NCBI GenBank assembly: GCA_045579305.1
Contig: JAZNLY010000056.1
Location: 29,102 to 93,101, forward strand
DNA: 64,000 bases
Source: Candidatus Fimenecus sp.
GTDB taxonomy: Bacteria > Bacillota > Clostridia > Oscillospirales > Acutalibacteraceae
Reading direction: 5' to 3'
The notes under the pieces are model-generated. The model ran no database searches. It saw only the letters and a program-made list of their open reading frames with translations, and was not told where the DNA came from. Positions 49,735 through 58,026 of this stretch are shown in pieces (the first letter of the stretch is position 1; every line of letters begins with the position of its first letter). Both the position numbers and the translations under genes were made by a program.

Positions 49735-50145
49735 TTACCACTCAATGTCTTCTGAGAAGTCAATTGCATCCTTAGTGCTTGTCTGAGTAATCCTGAATTT
49801 CTCCATAGGCCAGATTTCAATTCTTCGGCCAGCACCGACAATTGCAGTTTCTTTTGAAAGTTCAGCATGTTCAACAAATCTGCCATCCAAAGTAATACGG
49901 CCTTGATTATCAACACTTGTTTCAACAACATTGCTGAAAAAGTCTCTCTGTTCTTTAAGACTTCTATGTGTCTTTCTGTACTGTTCTGCAATTTCCTCAA
50001 AAGTTTCCTGCGGGTAAATGAAAAGGTTGGTCTCAGCGCCGGGCATTATATAAAGCTTTTCACCCAGCTGGTCACGGAACTTAGCAGGAATGAATAAACG
50101 ATTTTTAGAGTCCATGCTATGGAAATACAAGCTTATAAATGACAT
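49735..50145 (-). CDS. mraZ: Transcriptional regulator MraZ
   Basis: Duplicated DxxxR-type SpoVT/AbrB units (MDSKNRLFIPAKFR and VDNQGRITLDGRF). Confidence 0.93.
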   Translation of the reverse strand: MSFISLYFHSMDSKNRLFIPAKFRDQLGEKLYIMPGAETNLFIYPQETFEEIAEQYRKTHRSLKEQRDFFSNVVETSVDNQGRITLDGRFVEHAELSKETAIVGAGRRIEIWPMEKFRITQTSTKDAIDFSEDIEW

Positions 50146-50231
50146 TTTTATCCATTCCTTTCTTAGTTATTTTTCGTCTATTTACCCTTTTCGGTGTAAA
50201 AAGAGTGCATTTCTCCCCCACCGATGCATTA

Positions 50232-50260
50232 ATTATACAATATAACGAAGAAAAAATCAA
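50232..50260 (-). promoter_or_regulatory. Candidate P(mra) promoter
   Basis: On the minus strand: TTGATT (50255-50260), 17-nt spacer, TATAAT (50232-50237). Confidence 0.55.
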
Positions 50261-50351
50261 GGAAAACATAAAATTTCTTTTGTGCATTTTTCTACAAAGT
50301 TTTTGTTTCATCTTTGTGCAGTTTGCACAATGAAAAAGTGATAAAAAACAA

Positions 50352-50387
50352 CAAAAAAACACCCCGTTTTTTCTCAAAACGGAGTGT
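50352..50387 (-). terminator. Rho-independent terminator after ppa
   Basis: Stems CACCCCGTTTT (50360-50370) and AAAACGGAGTG (50377-50387), with a U-run on the minus-strand transcript. Confidence 0.7.
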
Positions 50388-50405
50388 AATTTTATAGTTG
50401 TTTTT

Positions 50406-50936
50406 TTACTTTCCGAAGCTCTTTTTATAGCCCTCGATTGCATCGTCAATGATGTCAATTGCAGCCAGAACACCCTTTGCTTCATCAATTGCAGTGTCCT
50501 TATTTTCAAGCATTTTATACACTGTAAAGAAGTGAGTCATCTCATCAAAAATATGTTTGGGAAGCTGACTTATATCCTTATACACATTGTATGTGGGGTC
50601 ACCAAACGGAATTGCGATAATTTTATCGTCAGCGTGTCCACCGTCGACCATTGATATAACCCCTATGGGATAACAACGGACAAGTGCCATTGGCTCAATT
50701 TTTTCTGAACAAAGAACAAGCACATCCAACGGGTCATTATCTTCGGCATAAGTTCTTGGAATAAAACCATAGTTCGCAGGATAGTGAGTTGATGTGTGAA
50801 GAACACGGTCAAGCTTTAAAAGACCTGTTTCCTTATCAAGCTCGTATTTCATTTTACTGCCCTTGCTGATTTCAATTACCGCTTCGAAATCTTTTCGGGT
50901 AATTCTTGAAGCATCTATATCATGCCATATATTCAT
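50406..50936 (-). CDS. ppa: Inorganic pyrophosphatase (family I)
   Basis: 176 aa. YPANYGFIP and DNDPLDVLV motifs. Confidence 0.95.
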   Translation of the reverse strand: MNIWHDIDASRITRKDFEAVIEISKGSKMKYELDKETGLLKLDRVLHTSTHYPANYGFIPRTYAEDNDPLDVLVLCSEKIEPMALVRCYPIGVISMVDGGHADDKIIAIPFGDPTYNVYKDISQLPKHIFDEMTHFFTVYKMLENKDTAIDEAKGVLAAIDIIDDAIEGYKKSFGK

Positions 50937-52393
50937 TATTTCTTAACTCCTTTATACTCCTCAATAAGATTTTTACGGACTCTCCAAAGGTTTTCAGAAA
51001 GGTCAACATAATAAGTATGAGGGTTTTCAAATCGTTTAACTTCTTCCCAGAGGTTATCAATTTCACCTGAACAATAATCTCTGATTTCGTCAACTGTTGG
51101 TTCTTTATAAACACATTCACCATTCAGGAAAACAGGCTTGAGCATTTTTCTTGCAACAAAGTTTTCAACCTCTTTTCGCTTCCATGTGAAATCAGGGTCA
51201 AAGAGTATATAAGGCTTACTTTCGTCAATTTCTTCATTTTCCAATGTGAGCACATCGGCAATAGCCTTACCGGTTTCACAGTCGAAGAGTCTGTAAAGCA
51301 TTTTTGAATGAGGTGTTGTGATTTTACTTACATTTTCGGAAAGATTGATTTTAGGGATAATTTCACCGTCTTTTTCAATTGCGCTTAATTTATAGACACC
51401 GCTGAAAAGAGGTGCTGATGCTGAATTTATAAGTCTTTCACCAACTATAAAGCAGTCAACCTTTGCTCCCTGTAAAATCATATCGTTGATGATATACTCG
51501 TCAAGTGAATTTGATGCTGTAATGCTGCAATCAGGGTATCCTGCTTCATCAAGCATCTTTCTTGCCTTTTTAGAAAGGTATGTTATGTCACCCGAGTCAA
51601 TACGGATACTTACAGGGCGTTTGCCCATTGGTGCTAAAACATCATTAAAGGCTTTGATTGCGTTCGGAACACCTGAACGGATTGTGTCATAAGTATCCAC
51701 AACAAGTGAACAGTCATCGGGATATTGTTTTGCATATTCACAGAATGCTTCATATTCAGAATCAAACATCTGTACCCAGCTGTGAACCATTGTATTCATT
51801 GTCGGAATGTGGAATTTTTCACTCTGTACAACGCCTGAAGTACCCACACAACCACCGATATATGCAGCACGTGAGCCGTAAAATGCAGAATCAAAACCGA
51901 CAGCACGACGAGTACCGAATTCAGCAACACTTGTACCCTTTGCAGCACGGACAAGACGATTTGCCTTTGTTGCAACAAGGCTCTGATGATTCATACAAAC
52001 CATAAGGATTGTTTCGATAAGTTGCGCCTGAACAATAGGTCCACGAACCTTGATTACAGGCTCGTTAGGGAAAATCGGTGTTCCCTCGGGTACTGACCAG
52101 ATGTCACACTGGAACTTGAAATTACGAAGATAGTCAATAAACTCATCACAGAGTCCAAGGGTCCCGAGATATTCCAAGTCAGACTCGGTAAATGAAATAT
52201 TTTTAATAAAATCAACAATTCTTGAAAGCCCTGCAAAAACTGCAAAGCCACCTTTATCAGGAACTTTTCTGAAGAAAACATCAAAATATGCGATTTCGTC
52301 GTTTTTACCACTCATAAACAAGCCATTAGCCATTGTGAGCTCGTAAAGTTCCGTCATCAAAAAACGGTTTTTATTGAGAGATTCATTATTCAT
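50936..52393 (-). CDS. pncB: Nicotinate phosphoribosyltransferase
   Basis: TELYELTMANG N-terminus, FGTRRA motif. M14 at 52393 is the preferred start. The stop overlaps the ppa ATG (TAATG). Confidence 0.9.
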   Translation of the reverse strand: MNNESLNKNRFLMTELYELTMANGLFMSGKNDEIAYFDVFFRKVPDKGGFAVFAGLSRIVDFIKNISFTESDLEYLGTLGLCDEFIDYLRNFKFQCDIWSVPEGTPIFPNEPVIKVRGPIVQAQLIETILMVCMNHQSLVATKANRLVRAAKGTSVAEFGTRRAVGFDSAFYGSRAAYIGGCVGTSGVVQSEKFHIPTMNTMVHSWVQMFDSEYEAFCEYAKQYPDDCSLVVDTYDTIRSGVPNAIKAFNDVLAPMGKRPVSIRIDSGDITYLSKKARKMLDEAGYPDCSITASNSLDEYIINDMILQGAKVDCFIVGERLINSASAPLFSGVYKLSAIEKDGEIIPKINLSENVSKITTPHSKMLYRLFDCETGKAIADVLTLENEEIDESKPYILFDPDFTWKRKEVENFVARKMLKPVFLNGECVYKEPTVDEIRDYCSGEIDNLWEEVKRFENPHTYYVDLSENLWRVRKNLIEEYKGVKK

Positions 52394-52511
52394 AAATATC
52401 ACCTGTTTATATTTTAACAAAGATTTATGCAAAAGTCTATAATAATTTGTTGTTGAAGATAAATAAAAAATAGTATATAATTAGTTTAGAATAAATTTAG
52501 GAGAAATATTT

Positions 52512-53039
52512 ATGTTTAATGAGTTAATTCTGAAAAGAGAAAGTTGCAGAAACTATAATGGTAAGCCTGTAAATACTGATTTACTCCTGAAGTGTGTTGA
52601 CGCTGCTCGTCTTTCACCTTCTGCTTGTAATTCACAGCCATGGAAATACTATATTATCAACGGTGGTGAAAATGCAGAAAAAATCAGAGATTGTATTCAG
52701 CCAAACGGAGCAAACAAGTTTGTACAGAATTGTCCTGCATTTGCTATTGTGACAGAAATACCTGCTACACTTAAATCTTTCGTTATTGAAAAAGTTAAAA
52801 ACAGCCAGAAATGGGCTGAAAACGACATTGGTCTTTCCGTTGCTCATTACTGTTTACAGGCGGCTGACTTAGGTCTTGGAACTTGTATTATCGGTATGGT
52901 TGAAGAGGACAAAGTCCGTGAATACTTCGGAATCGAAGACAAAATCAGACTTGTTATTGCAACTGGATACTCTGCAGATGAAAGTCCAAGAAACAAGGCG
53001 AGAAAACCACTTGAAGATGTTTGCGAAGTAATTGAATAA
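52512..53039 (+). CDS. Nitroreductase family protein
   Basis: 175 aa. RESCRNY...AARLSPSACNSQPW pattern. Confidence 0.85.
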   Translation: MFNELILKRESCRNYNGKPVNTDLLLKCVDAARLSPSACNSQPWKYYIINGGENAEKIRDCIQPNGANKFVQNCPAFAIVTEIPATLKSFVIEKVKNSQKWAENDIGLSVAHYCLQAADLGLGTCIIGMVEEDKVREYFGIEDKIRLVIATGYSADESPRNKARKPLEDVCEVIE

Positions 53040-53040
53040 A

Positions 53041-53098
53041 TGCAAAATCCATAATGCAAAACGCAAAATTAACGGCGAGGATAACCTCGCCGTTTTTA
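53041..53098 (+). repeat. ~58-nt repeat unit (GCAAAA-rich arm + GGCGA hairpin); also the nitroreductase terminator
   Basis: TGCAAAATCCATAATGCAAAACGCAAAAT, then hairpin ACGGCGAGG-ATAA-CCTCGCCGT, then TTTTT. An inverted copy lies at 53283-53340. Confidence 0.6.
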
Positions 53099-53224
53099 TA
53101 AGTTGCCATATTTTTCTACATATTCTTTTGCTTTATTTCTAATCCACACACGATTGTGATTGATAAATGGTTTTATTTGCAAGTCATACCCACCTGCACC
53201 CATTTTATATATGAAATTATTTAC

Positions 53225-53250
53225 GGGACGATGTGGGCATCCTCCCCTAC
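53225..53250 (-). repeat. GTAGGG + GC-rich imperfect hairpin module
   Basis: The minus strand reads GTAGGGGAGGATGCCCACATCGTCCC. Confidence 0.5.
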
Positions 53251-53282
53251 TTACATTATCATTTTAGTGTGTACAACTTTTG

Positions 53283-53340
53283 AAACTGGCGATTCGTGAA
53301 TCGCCCCTACATTTTGCGCTTTGAGTTTTGCATTTTGCAC
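53283..53340 (-). repeat. Inverted copy of the ~58-nt unit (GCAAAA-rich arm + GTAGGGGCG hairpin)
   Basis: The minus strand reads TGCAAAATGCAAAACTCAAAGCGCAAAAT-GTAGG-GGCGATT-CACG-AATCGCC-AGTTTC, starting directly after the hisF stop. 24/30 arm positions are identical to the left copy. The stem changes are compensatory (GG/CC versus TT/AA). Confidence 0.6.
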
Positions 53341-54096
53341 TTATAATCTAACTGATATTCCGTTATCTTTAAGATAATGTTTCAAGTCCATGATTGGGAT
53401 TTCGTTGAAGTGAAAGAGTGATGCAGCAAGGACAGCATCTGCTTTACCCTCATTGAAAGCATCGAGGAAATGAGATTTTGCACCTGCACCGCCTGATGCA
53501 ATTACAGGCACACCTACACACTCGGAAACTGCACGGTTCAGGGCATTGTCATAACCTGTTTTTTGACCGTCACAGTCCATACTTGTAAGGAGAATTTCTC
53601 CTGCTCCCCTTTTCACTGCTTCTTCTGCCCATTTAACAGCATCAATGCCTGTTGGAATTCGACCGCCATTAAGATAAACTTCCCAACCCTTATCATTTCG
53701 TTTTGCATCAATAGCACAAACTACACATTGGCTACCGAATTTATATGCTGCGTCATTTATAAGATTCGGATTTCGCACAGCAGCAGAGTTTACTGAAATC
53801 TTGTCAGCACCTGCACGAAGCAATTCCTTGAAATCGTCAACTGTTCTTATTCCGCCACCAACTGTGAACGGAATAAAGATATTGTCGGCAACCTGACGAA
53901 CAATTTCAAGCATTGTTCCTCTGCCCTCGTGAGTTGCAGTAATGTCAAGAAGGACTAACTCGTCAGCACCTTTTTTGTTGTATTCGATTGCACATTCCAC
54001 AGGGTCACCTGCATCGCGGATGTTTACAAAACTGACACCTTTTACTACTCGTCCGTTTTTCACATCAAGACAAGGTATAATTCTTTTAGCGTACAT
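53341..54096 (-). CDS. hisF: Imidazole glycerol phosphate synthase cyclase subunit
   Basis: 251 aa. [18 protein letters not shown] and SGGAG motifs. Confidence 0.95.
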   Translation of the reverse strand: MYAKRIIPCLDVKNGRVVKGVSFVNIRDAGDPVECAIEYNKKGADELVLLDITATHEGRGTMLEIVRQVADNIFIPFTVGGGIRTVDDFKELLRAGADKISVNSAAVRNPNLINDAAYKFGSQCVVCAIDAKRNDKGWEVYLNGGRIPTGIDAVKWAEEAVKRGAGEILLTSMDCDGQKTGYDNALNRAVSECVGVPVIASGGAGAKSHFLDAFNEGKADAVLAASLFHFNEIPIMDLKHYLKDNGISVRL

Positions 54097-54710
54097 TATT
54101 TTACCTCCATTGATGCAAAATTTTTGAGAATCTGAAGTCCCACATCACCTGATTTTTCAGGATGGAACTGGGTGGCGAAAATATTACCCTTACCAACAGC
54201 AGAATGGAAATCAATTCCGTAATTTGTCACAGTTGCGATTTCATTTTCATCTTCTGCGTGAAGATAATATGAATGGACAAAATAAACATAAGAGTTTTCG
54301 GGAATATCTTTAAAAAGAGTTTCTTTTTGCCTGATTTCCAAGGAGTTCCAACCGATGTGAGGTATTTTAAGTCCCATATCAGGTGAGAATTTTTTGATTT
54401 TACCCTTAAAAATTCCAAGTCCTTTAACTCCCGGAGATTCCTCGGATTCTTCGAACAAAAGTTGAAGTCCAAGGCATATACCCAAAAATGGTTTGCCACT
54501 CAATGCATTCTGCTTGACAGTTTTTACAAGACCTTTTTTTGTCATTGAATCCATTGCATCACCAAAAGAACCAACACCGGGAAGAAGAATTTTGTCACAA
54601 GCGTTGATTGTTTCAGGATTATCTGTTATTACACATTCGGCACCAATGAAATCAAAGGCTTTTTTAACACTCTGAAGATTTCCTGCGCCATAATCAATTA
54701 TTGCTATCAT
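54096..54710 (-). CDS. hisH: Imidazole glycerol phosphate synthase glutamine amidotransferase subunit
   Basis: [12 protein letters not shown] start at 54710. GICLGLQ catalytic Cys. HSY and FHPEKS motifs. Confidence 0.93.
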   Translation of the reverse strand: MIAIIDYGAGNLQSVKKAFDFIGAECVITDNPETINACDKILLPGVGSFGDAMDSMTKKGLVKTVKQNALSGKPFLGICLGLQLLFEESEESPGVKGLGIFKGKIKKFSPDMGLKIPHIGWNSLEIRQKETLFKDIPENSYVYFVHSYYLHAEDENEIATVTNYGIDFHSAVGKGNIFATQFHPEKSGDVGLQILKNFASMEVK

Positions 54711-54846
54711 TTTTGTCATTCCTTGAAAAATATTAATGTTATTTTAGCACAGTAAAGCGAGAAAATCAATAGTATATCGCTTGTTTTAATTGACTTTTGG
54801 AATAATTTACTATAAAATTGTTATTGAATTACGGAGGTACATACCT

Positions 54847-55626
54847 ATGAATGATATTTTAAATAAAAAAGGTTTTATCAGTGATATGGACGGTGTTATC
54901 TATCACGGTAACAAAATTTTACCCGGTGTTGCTGAATTTGTAAACTGGATGATAGACAATGACAAAAAGTTTGTTTTTCTTACAAACAGTCCTGAAAAAA
55001 CTCCACACGAGTTAAGTATGAAGTTAGAACGTATGGGACTTAAGGTTTCTGCCGACCATTTCTACACAAGTGCCATGGCTACTGCGGCATTTTTAAGTTC
55101 ACAGAAGCCAGGTTGTACTGCTTATGTTATCGGTGAAGGTGCACTTTCAAAGGCTCTTTATGACCAAGGAATTTATATGAATGATGTTAACCCTGACTAT
55201 GTTGTAGTTGGTGAAACGAGAACATACAGTTTCGAGAAAATAGAAAAGGCTATTGAACTCGTTCTTAAAGGTGCAAAACTTATCGGTACTAACCCTGACA
55301 TTACAGGTCCTACCGAAAGAGGAATTATGCCTGCAACAGGCTCACTTATTGCTCCTATTGAAATTGCAACAGGCAAGAAAGCATATTTCGTGGGCAAACC
55401 AAACCCTTTGATGCTTCGTCACGGACTTCGCAAACTTGGTTGTCACAGTGAGGAAATCGCATTTATCGGTGACAGAATGGACACTGACATTATTGCAGGT
55501 ATTGAGTCAAACGTTGACACAGTTCTTGTATTAAGTGGTGTTACATCAATGGATAATATCGACCTTTTCCCATACAGGCCGAAATACATTTTCGAAAATG
55601 TTGGCGAAATACTTACAAGAGAATAA
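54847..55626 (+). CDS. HAD-IIA family hydrolase (NagD-like)
   Basis: The ATG at 54847 follows a GGAGG RBS. DMDGVIYHG motif I, FLTNS and GDRMDTDI motifs. Confidence 0.85.
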   Translation: MNDILNKKGFISDMDGVIYHGNKILPGVAEFVNWMIDNDKKFVFLTNSPEKTPHELSMKLERMGLKVSADHFYTSAMATAAFLSSQKPGCTAYVIGEGALSKALYDQGIYMNDVNPDYVVVGETRTYSFEKIEKAIELVLKGAKLIGTNPDITGPTERGIMPATGSLIAPIEIATGKKAYFVGKPNPLMLRHGLRKLGCHSEEIAFIGDRMDTDIIAGIESNVDTVLVLSGVTSMDNIDLFPYRPKYIFENVGEILTRE

Positions 55627-55641
55627 AAAAAGACATAAAGA

Positions 55642-55672
55642 AAGTCGGCACAAAATCGTGTCGACTTTTTTG
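55642..55672 (+). terminator. Rho-independent terminator after the NagD-like gene
   Basis: Stems AAGTCGGCAC (55642-55651) and GTGTCGACTT (55658-55667), followed by TTTTT. Confidence 0.65.
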
Positions 55673-55780
55673 TTTAATTTAAGATTGTATGTACAACAAA
55701 TCGAAATTTGTCGATTGAATGCAGAATTCAGAATTATGGAACTGCGTTGCAATTTTAAAGAACAACTAATATGGTGTAGC

Positions 55781-55855
55781 GGTAGGGCGGGGTCTTGACC
55801 CCGCCGTTGTTGGATTCCCTATTGCTTTTCGGCGGCAGCAAGCTACCGCCCTACC
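55781..55855. repeat. Inverted pair of GTAGGG + GC-rich hairpin modules (REP/BIME-like)
   Basis: GGTAGGGCGGGGTCTTGACCCCGCC (plus strand, 55781-55805) and GGTAGGGCGGTAGCTTGCTGCCGCC (minus strand, 55831-55855), separated by 25 nt. The outer GGTAGGGCGG/CCGCCCTACC segments can also pair. Confidence 0.6.
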
Positions 55856-55885
55856 ATAATCTATGAATTAAACTTTCCCGACGAA

Positions 55886-56317
55886 TTATAATTTATCCAC
55901 GTCGGCATCGGTAATCATATGGAAGCCTGCATCTTCAAGTGCTTTTTCTGCTGCTGCATTATCAGCCACACGAAGAACAACATAAGCATGTTTTTCGGTT
56001 CTTGCCATAAATGCATAAAGATATTCCATATTGATATCTGCTTCGTCAAGGACTTCAAGTGCTTTTGAGAGTTTACCGGGCTGGTCACCGATTTTAACAC
56101 CTACAACATCAGTCATTTTAAGAAGATAACCTGCCTCTGTCAATGCTTTTGTTGCAGTTTCGTTATCATTTACGATAAGACGAAGGATACCGAAATCCTG
56201 TGTATCTGCAATAGAAAGTGCTCTCATATTAACATTATTATCTGCAAGTGTTTTTGTAATATTAACCAACGTACCCTGCTTGTTTTCAACGAAAATAGTT
56301 AACTGTTTTAATGACAT
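55886..56317 (-). CDS. ACT domain-containing protein (tandem ACT)
   Basis: 143 aa. Two ACT-like beta-alpha-beta-beta-alpha-beta halves. Immediately downstream of the paaK-like gene. Confidence 0.8.
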   Translation of the reverse strand: MSLKQLTIFVENKQGTLVNITKTLADNNVNMRALSIADTQDFGILRLIVNDNETATKALTEAGYLLKMTDVVGVKIGDQPGKLSKALEVLDEADINMEYLYAFMARTEKHAYVVLRVADNAAAEKALEDAGFHMITDADVDKL

Positions 56318-56332
56318 AGTTTTTTCCTCCTA

Positions 56333-57643
56333 TCAATCATAGAGCTTACGCTTATCAACAACACGGACTGCCTTGCCTTCGCTACGAGTAATACTCTTTG
56401 GTGCGACAAGGTGAACTGACGGATTGATACCAAGCATAATTTTCATAGCATTTGCAAGTGCCTTTTCCTGTTTTGTAATACCACCAACTGTATCAGAGAA
56501 GGTATCAGGATTCATTTCAACCATAACGTCGAATGTATCGTTATTATTTACACGGTCAATGACAATCTGATAGTTTGGCTGATAGCCTTCTTTAAGAAGA
56601 ACTGTTTCAATCTGACTTGGGAATACATTAACACCACGGATAATAAGCATATCGTCACTTCTGCCCATTGGTTTAGCCATTTTAATAAGCGTTCTGCCAC
56701 AAGAACATTTTTCACGAGAAAGAACACAGATATCTCTTGTGCGATAACGAAGAAGTGGGAATGCCTCTTTATCAAGTGCTGTGAAAACAAGTTCACCCTT
56801 ACTGCCCTCAGGTAAAACTTCACCTGTTTCAGGGTCAATAATTTCTGCTAAGAAATGGTCTTCGTTAATGTGCATACCTGTCTGTTCTTCACATTCAAAA
56901 GCAACACCGGGGCCAGAAGTTTCTGTAAGTCCATAAATATCATAAGCCTTAATGCCAAGAGTTTCTTCAATCTGGCGACGCATTTCGTTTGTCCATGCCT
57001 CTGCACCGAAAATTCCTGCTTTTAAAGGAATTTGGTCAGGAGTATAGCCCTGTTCTTTTAATGACTCACCCATATATGCAGCATAAGATGGAGTACAACA
57101 AAGAATTGTAGAATTAAGGTCCATCATAAACTGAATCTGTCTTTCTGTGTTACCTGATGACATGGGAAGTGTAAGGCAACCAACCTTATGTCCGCCACCG
57201 TGAAGACCTGCACCACCTGTGAAGAGTCCGTAACCGTAAGCTACCTGTAAAACATCTTCGTCAGAGCCACCTGCAGCAACGATTGCACGGGCACAGCAAT
57301 CTTCCCACAAGTCAACGTCATGCTGTGTATAGAAAGCAACAACTCGTCTGCCTGTTGTACCAGATGTTGAGTGAATTCGTACACATTCATTAAGAGGTTT
57401 TGCAAGAAGTCCGTATGGATAAGCCTCTCTTAAATCTGCCTTTGTAAGGAAAGGAAGTTTGTGCAAATCCTCAATACCCTTAATATCGTCAGGTGTAACA
57501 CCTTTTTCATCCATTAAATTCTTGTAGTAAGGCACATTTTCATAAACATGCTTTACTTGTTTCACCAATTTTTCTGATTGAAGCTTCTTAATATCTTCAA
57601 CAGGCATGGTTTCAAATTCTTTCTGATAATACTTTTTTTCCAT
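56333..57643 (-). CDS. paaK: Phenylacetate--CoA ligase family protein (PaaK-like)
   Basis: 436 aa. LPFLTKADLREAYPYGL, HSTSGTTGRRVV (AMP-binding P-loop) and YGLTE motifs. Confidence 0.88.
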   Translation of the reverse strand: MEKKYYQKEFETMPVEDIKKLQSEKLVKQVKHVYENVPYYKNLMDEKGVTPDDIKGIEDLHKLPFLTKADLREAYPYGLLAKPLNECVRIHSTSGTTGRRVVAFYTQHDVDLWEDCCARAIVAAGGSDEDVLQVAYGYGLFTGGAGLHGGGHKVGCLTLPMSSGNTERQIQFMMDLNSTILCCTPSYAAYMGESLKEQGYTPDQIPLKAGIFGAEAWTNEMRRQIEETLGIKAYDIYGLTETSGPGVAFECEEQTGMHINEDHFLAEIIDPETGEVLPEGSKGELVFTALDKEAFPLLRYRTRDICVLSREKCSCGRTLIKMAKPMGRSDDMLIIRGVNVFPSQIETVLLKEGYQPNYQIVIDRVNNNDTFDVMVEMNPDTFSDTVGGITKQEKALANAMKIMLGINPSVHLVAPKSITRSEGKAVRVVDKRKLYD

Positions 57644-57696
57644 TTTACATTCGTCCTTTCTGCAATTTGCTTTGGGTTTTTGGAGTGCAGAAGCAA

Positions 57697-57973
57697 TAAA
57701 AAAGCCCTCTGCATTCCATTTCGGAACACAGAGGACGAGAAATTTCCCGTGGTACCACCTCTATTTACCATTATCTCACGATAACGGCCTCCGAGTGCTG
57801 ACACACCCTTGTCGATATAACGGTCGAACCCGTTTGACCTACACAGTCCGATGACCTTCAGCCAACGACTCACGGAATGAATTCACCGACTTTACATTAC
57901 TGCATCACACCAACCGCAGCTCTCTTTGAATGATATTTCCGGATACTATTTTCCGTTCAAACGTCTTTATTAC
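57697..57973 (-). promoter_or_regulatory. T-box riboswitch leader, candidate Phe (UUC) specifier
   Basis: Minus-strand elements in order:
- AGAGAG (57925-57920)
- GGTTGGTGTGA distal-loop-like sequence
- GAA-TTC-A (57884-57878)
- F-box CCGTTA (57787-57782)
- T-box AGAGGTGGTACCACGGG (57762-57746)
- terminator CCTCTGTGTTCC/GGAATGCAGAGG (57733-57705), then UUUUUU. Confidence 0.85.
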
Positions 57974-57979
57974 TTTAAC

Positions 57980-58008
57980 ATAGTAACACTCTAAAAATAC
58001 AAAGTCAA
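57980..58008 (-). promoter_or_regulatory. Promoter of the T-box leader/paaK-ACT unit
   Basis: On the minus strand: TTGACT (58008-58003), 17-nt spacer, TACTAT (57985-57980). Confidence 0.55.
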
Positions 58009-58026
58009 GTATTTTTTATAAATTTT

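Noticed and set aside
50117-50509. 130-aa minus-strand ORF across the mraZ promoter region
   Set aside because: It overlaps the ppa 3' end, the ppa terminator and the P(mra) promoter. It has no RBS and a basic, low-complexity sequence.
53120-53228. 35-codon minus-strand ORF (MGAGGYDLQIKPFINHNRVWIRNKAKEYVEKYGNL) inside the repeat-bounded intergenic region
   Set aside because: There is no Shine-Dalgarno at a proper distance and the ORF is very short. It may be a gene fragment carried by the element, but I cannot support it as a gene.
57562-57873. 103-aa minus-strand ORF and the plus-strand ORFs 57578..57784 and 57672..57854
   Set aside because: They cover the T-box leader, whose conserved RNA elements explain this sequence. 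The minus-strand ORF also runs into the paaK start in another frame.
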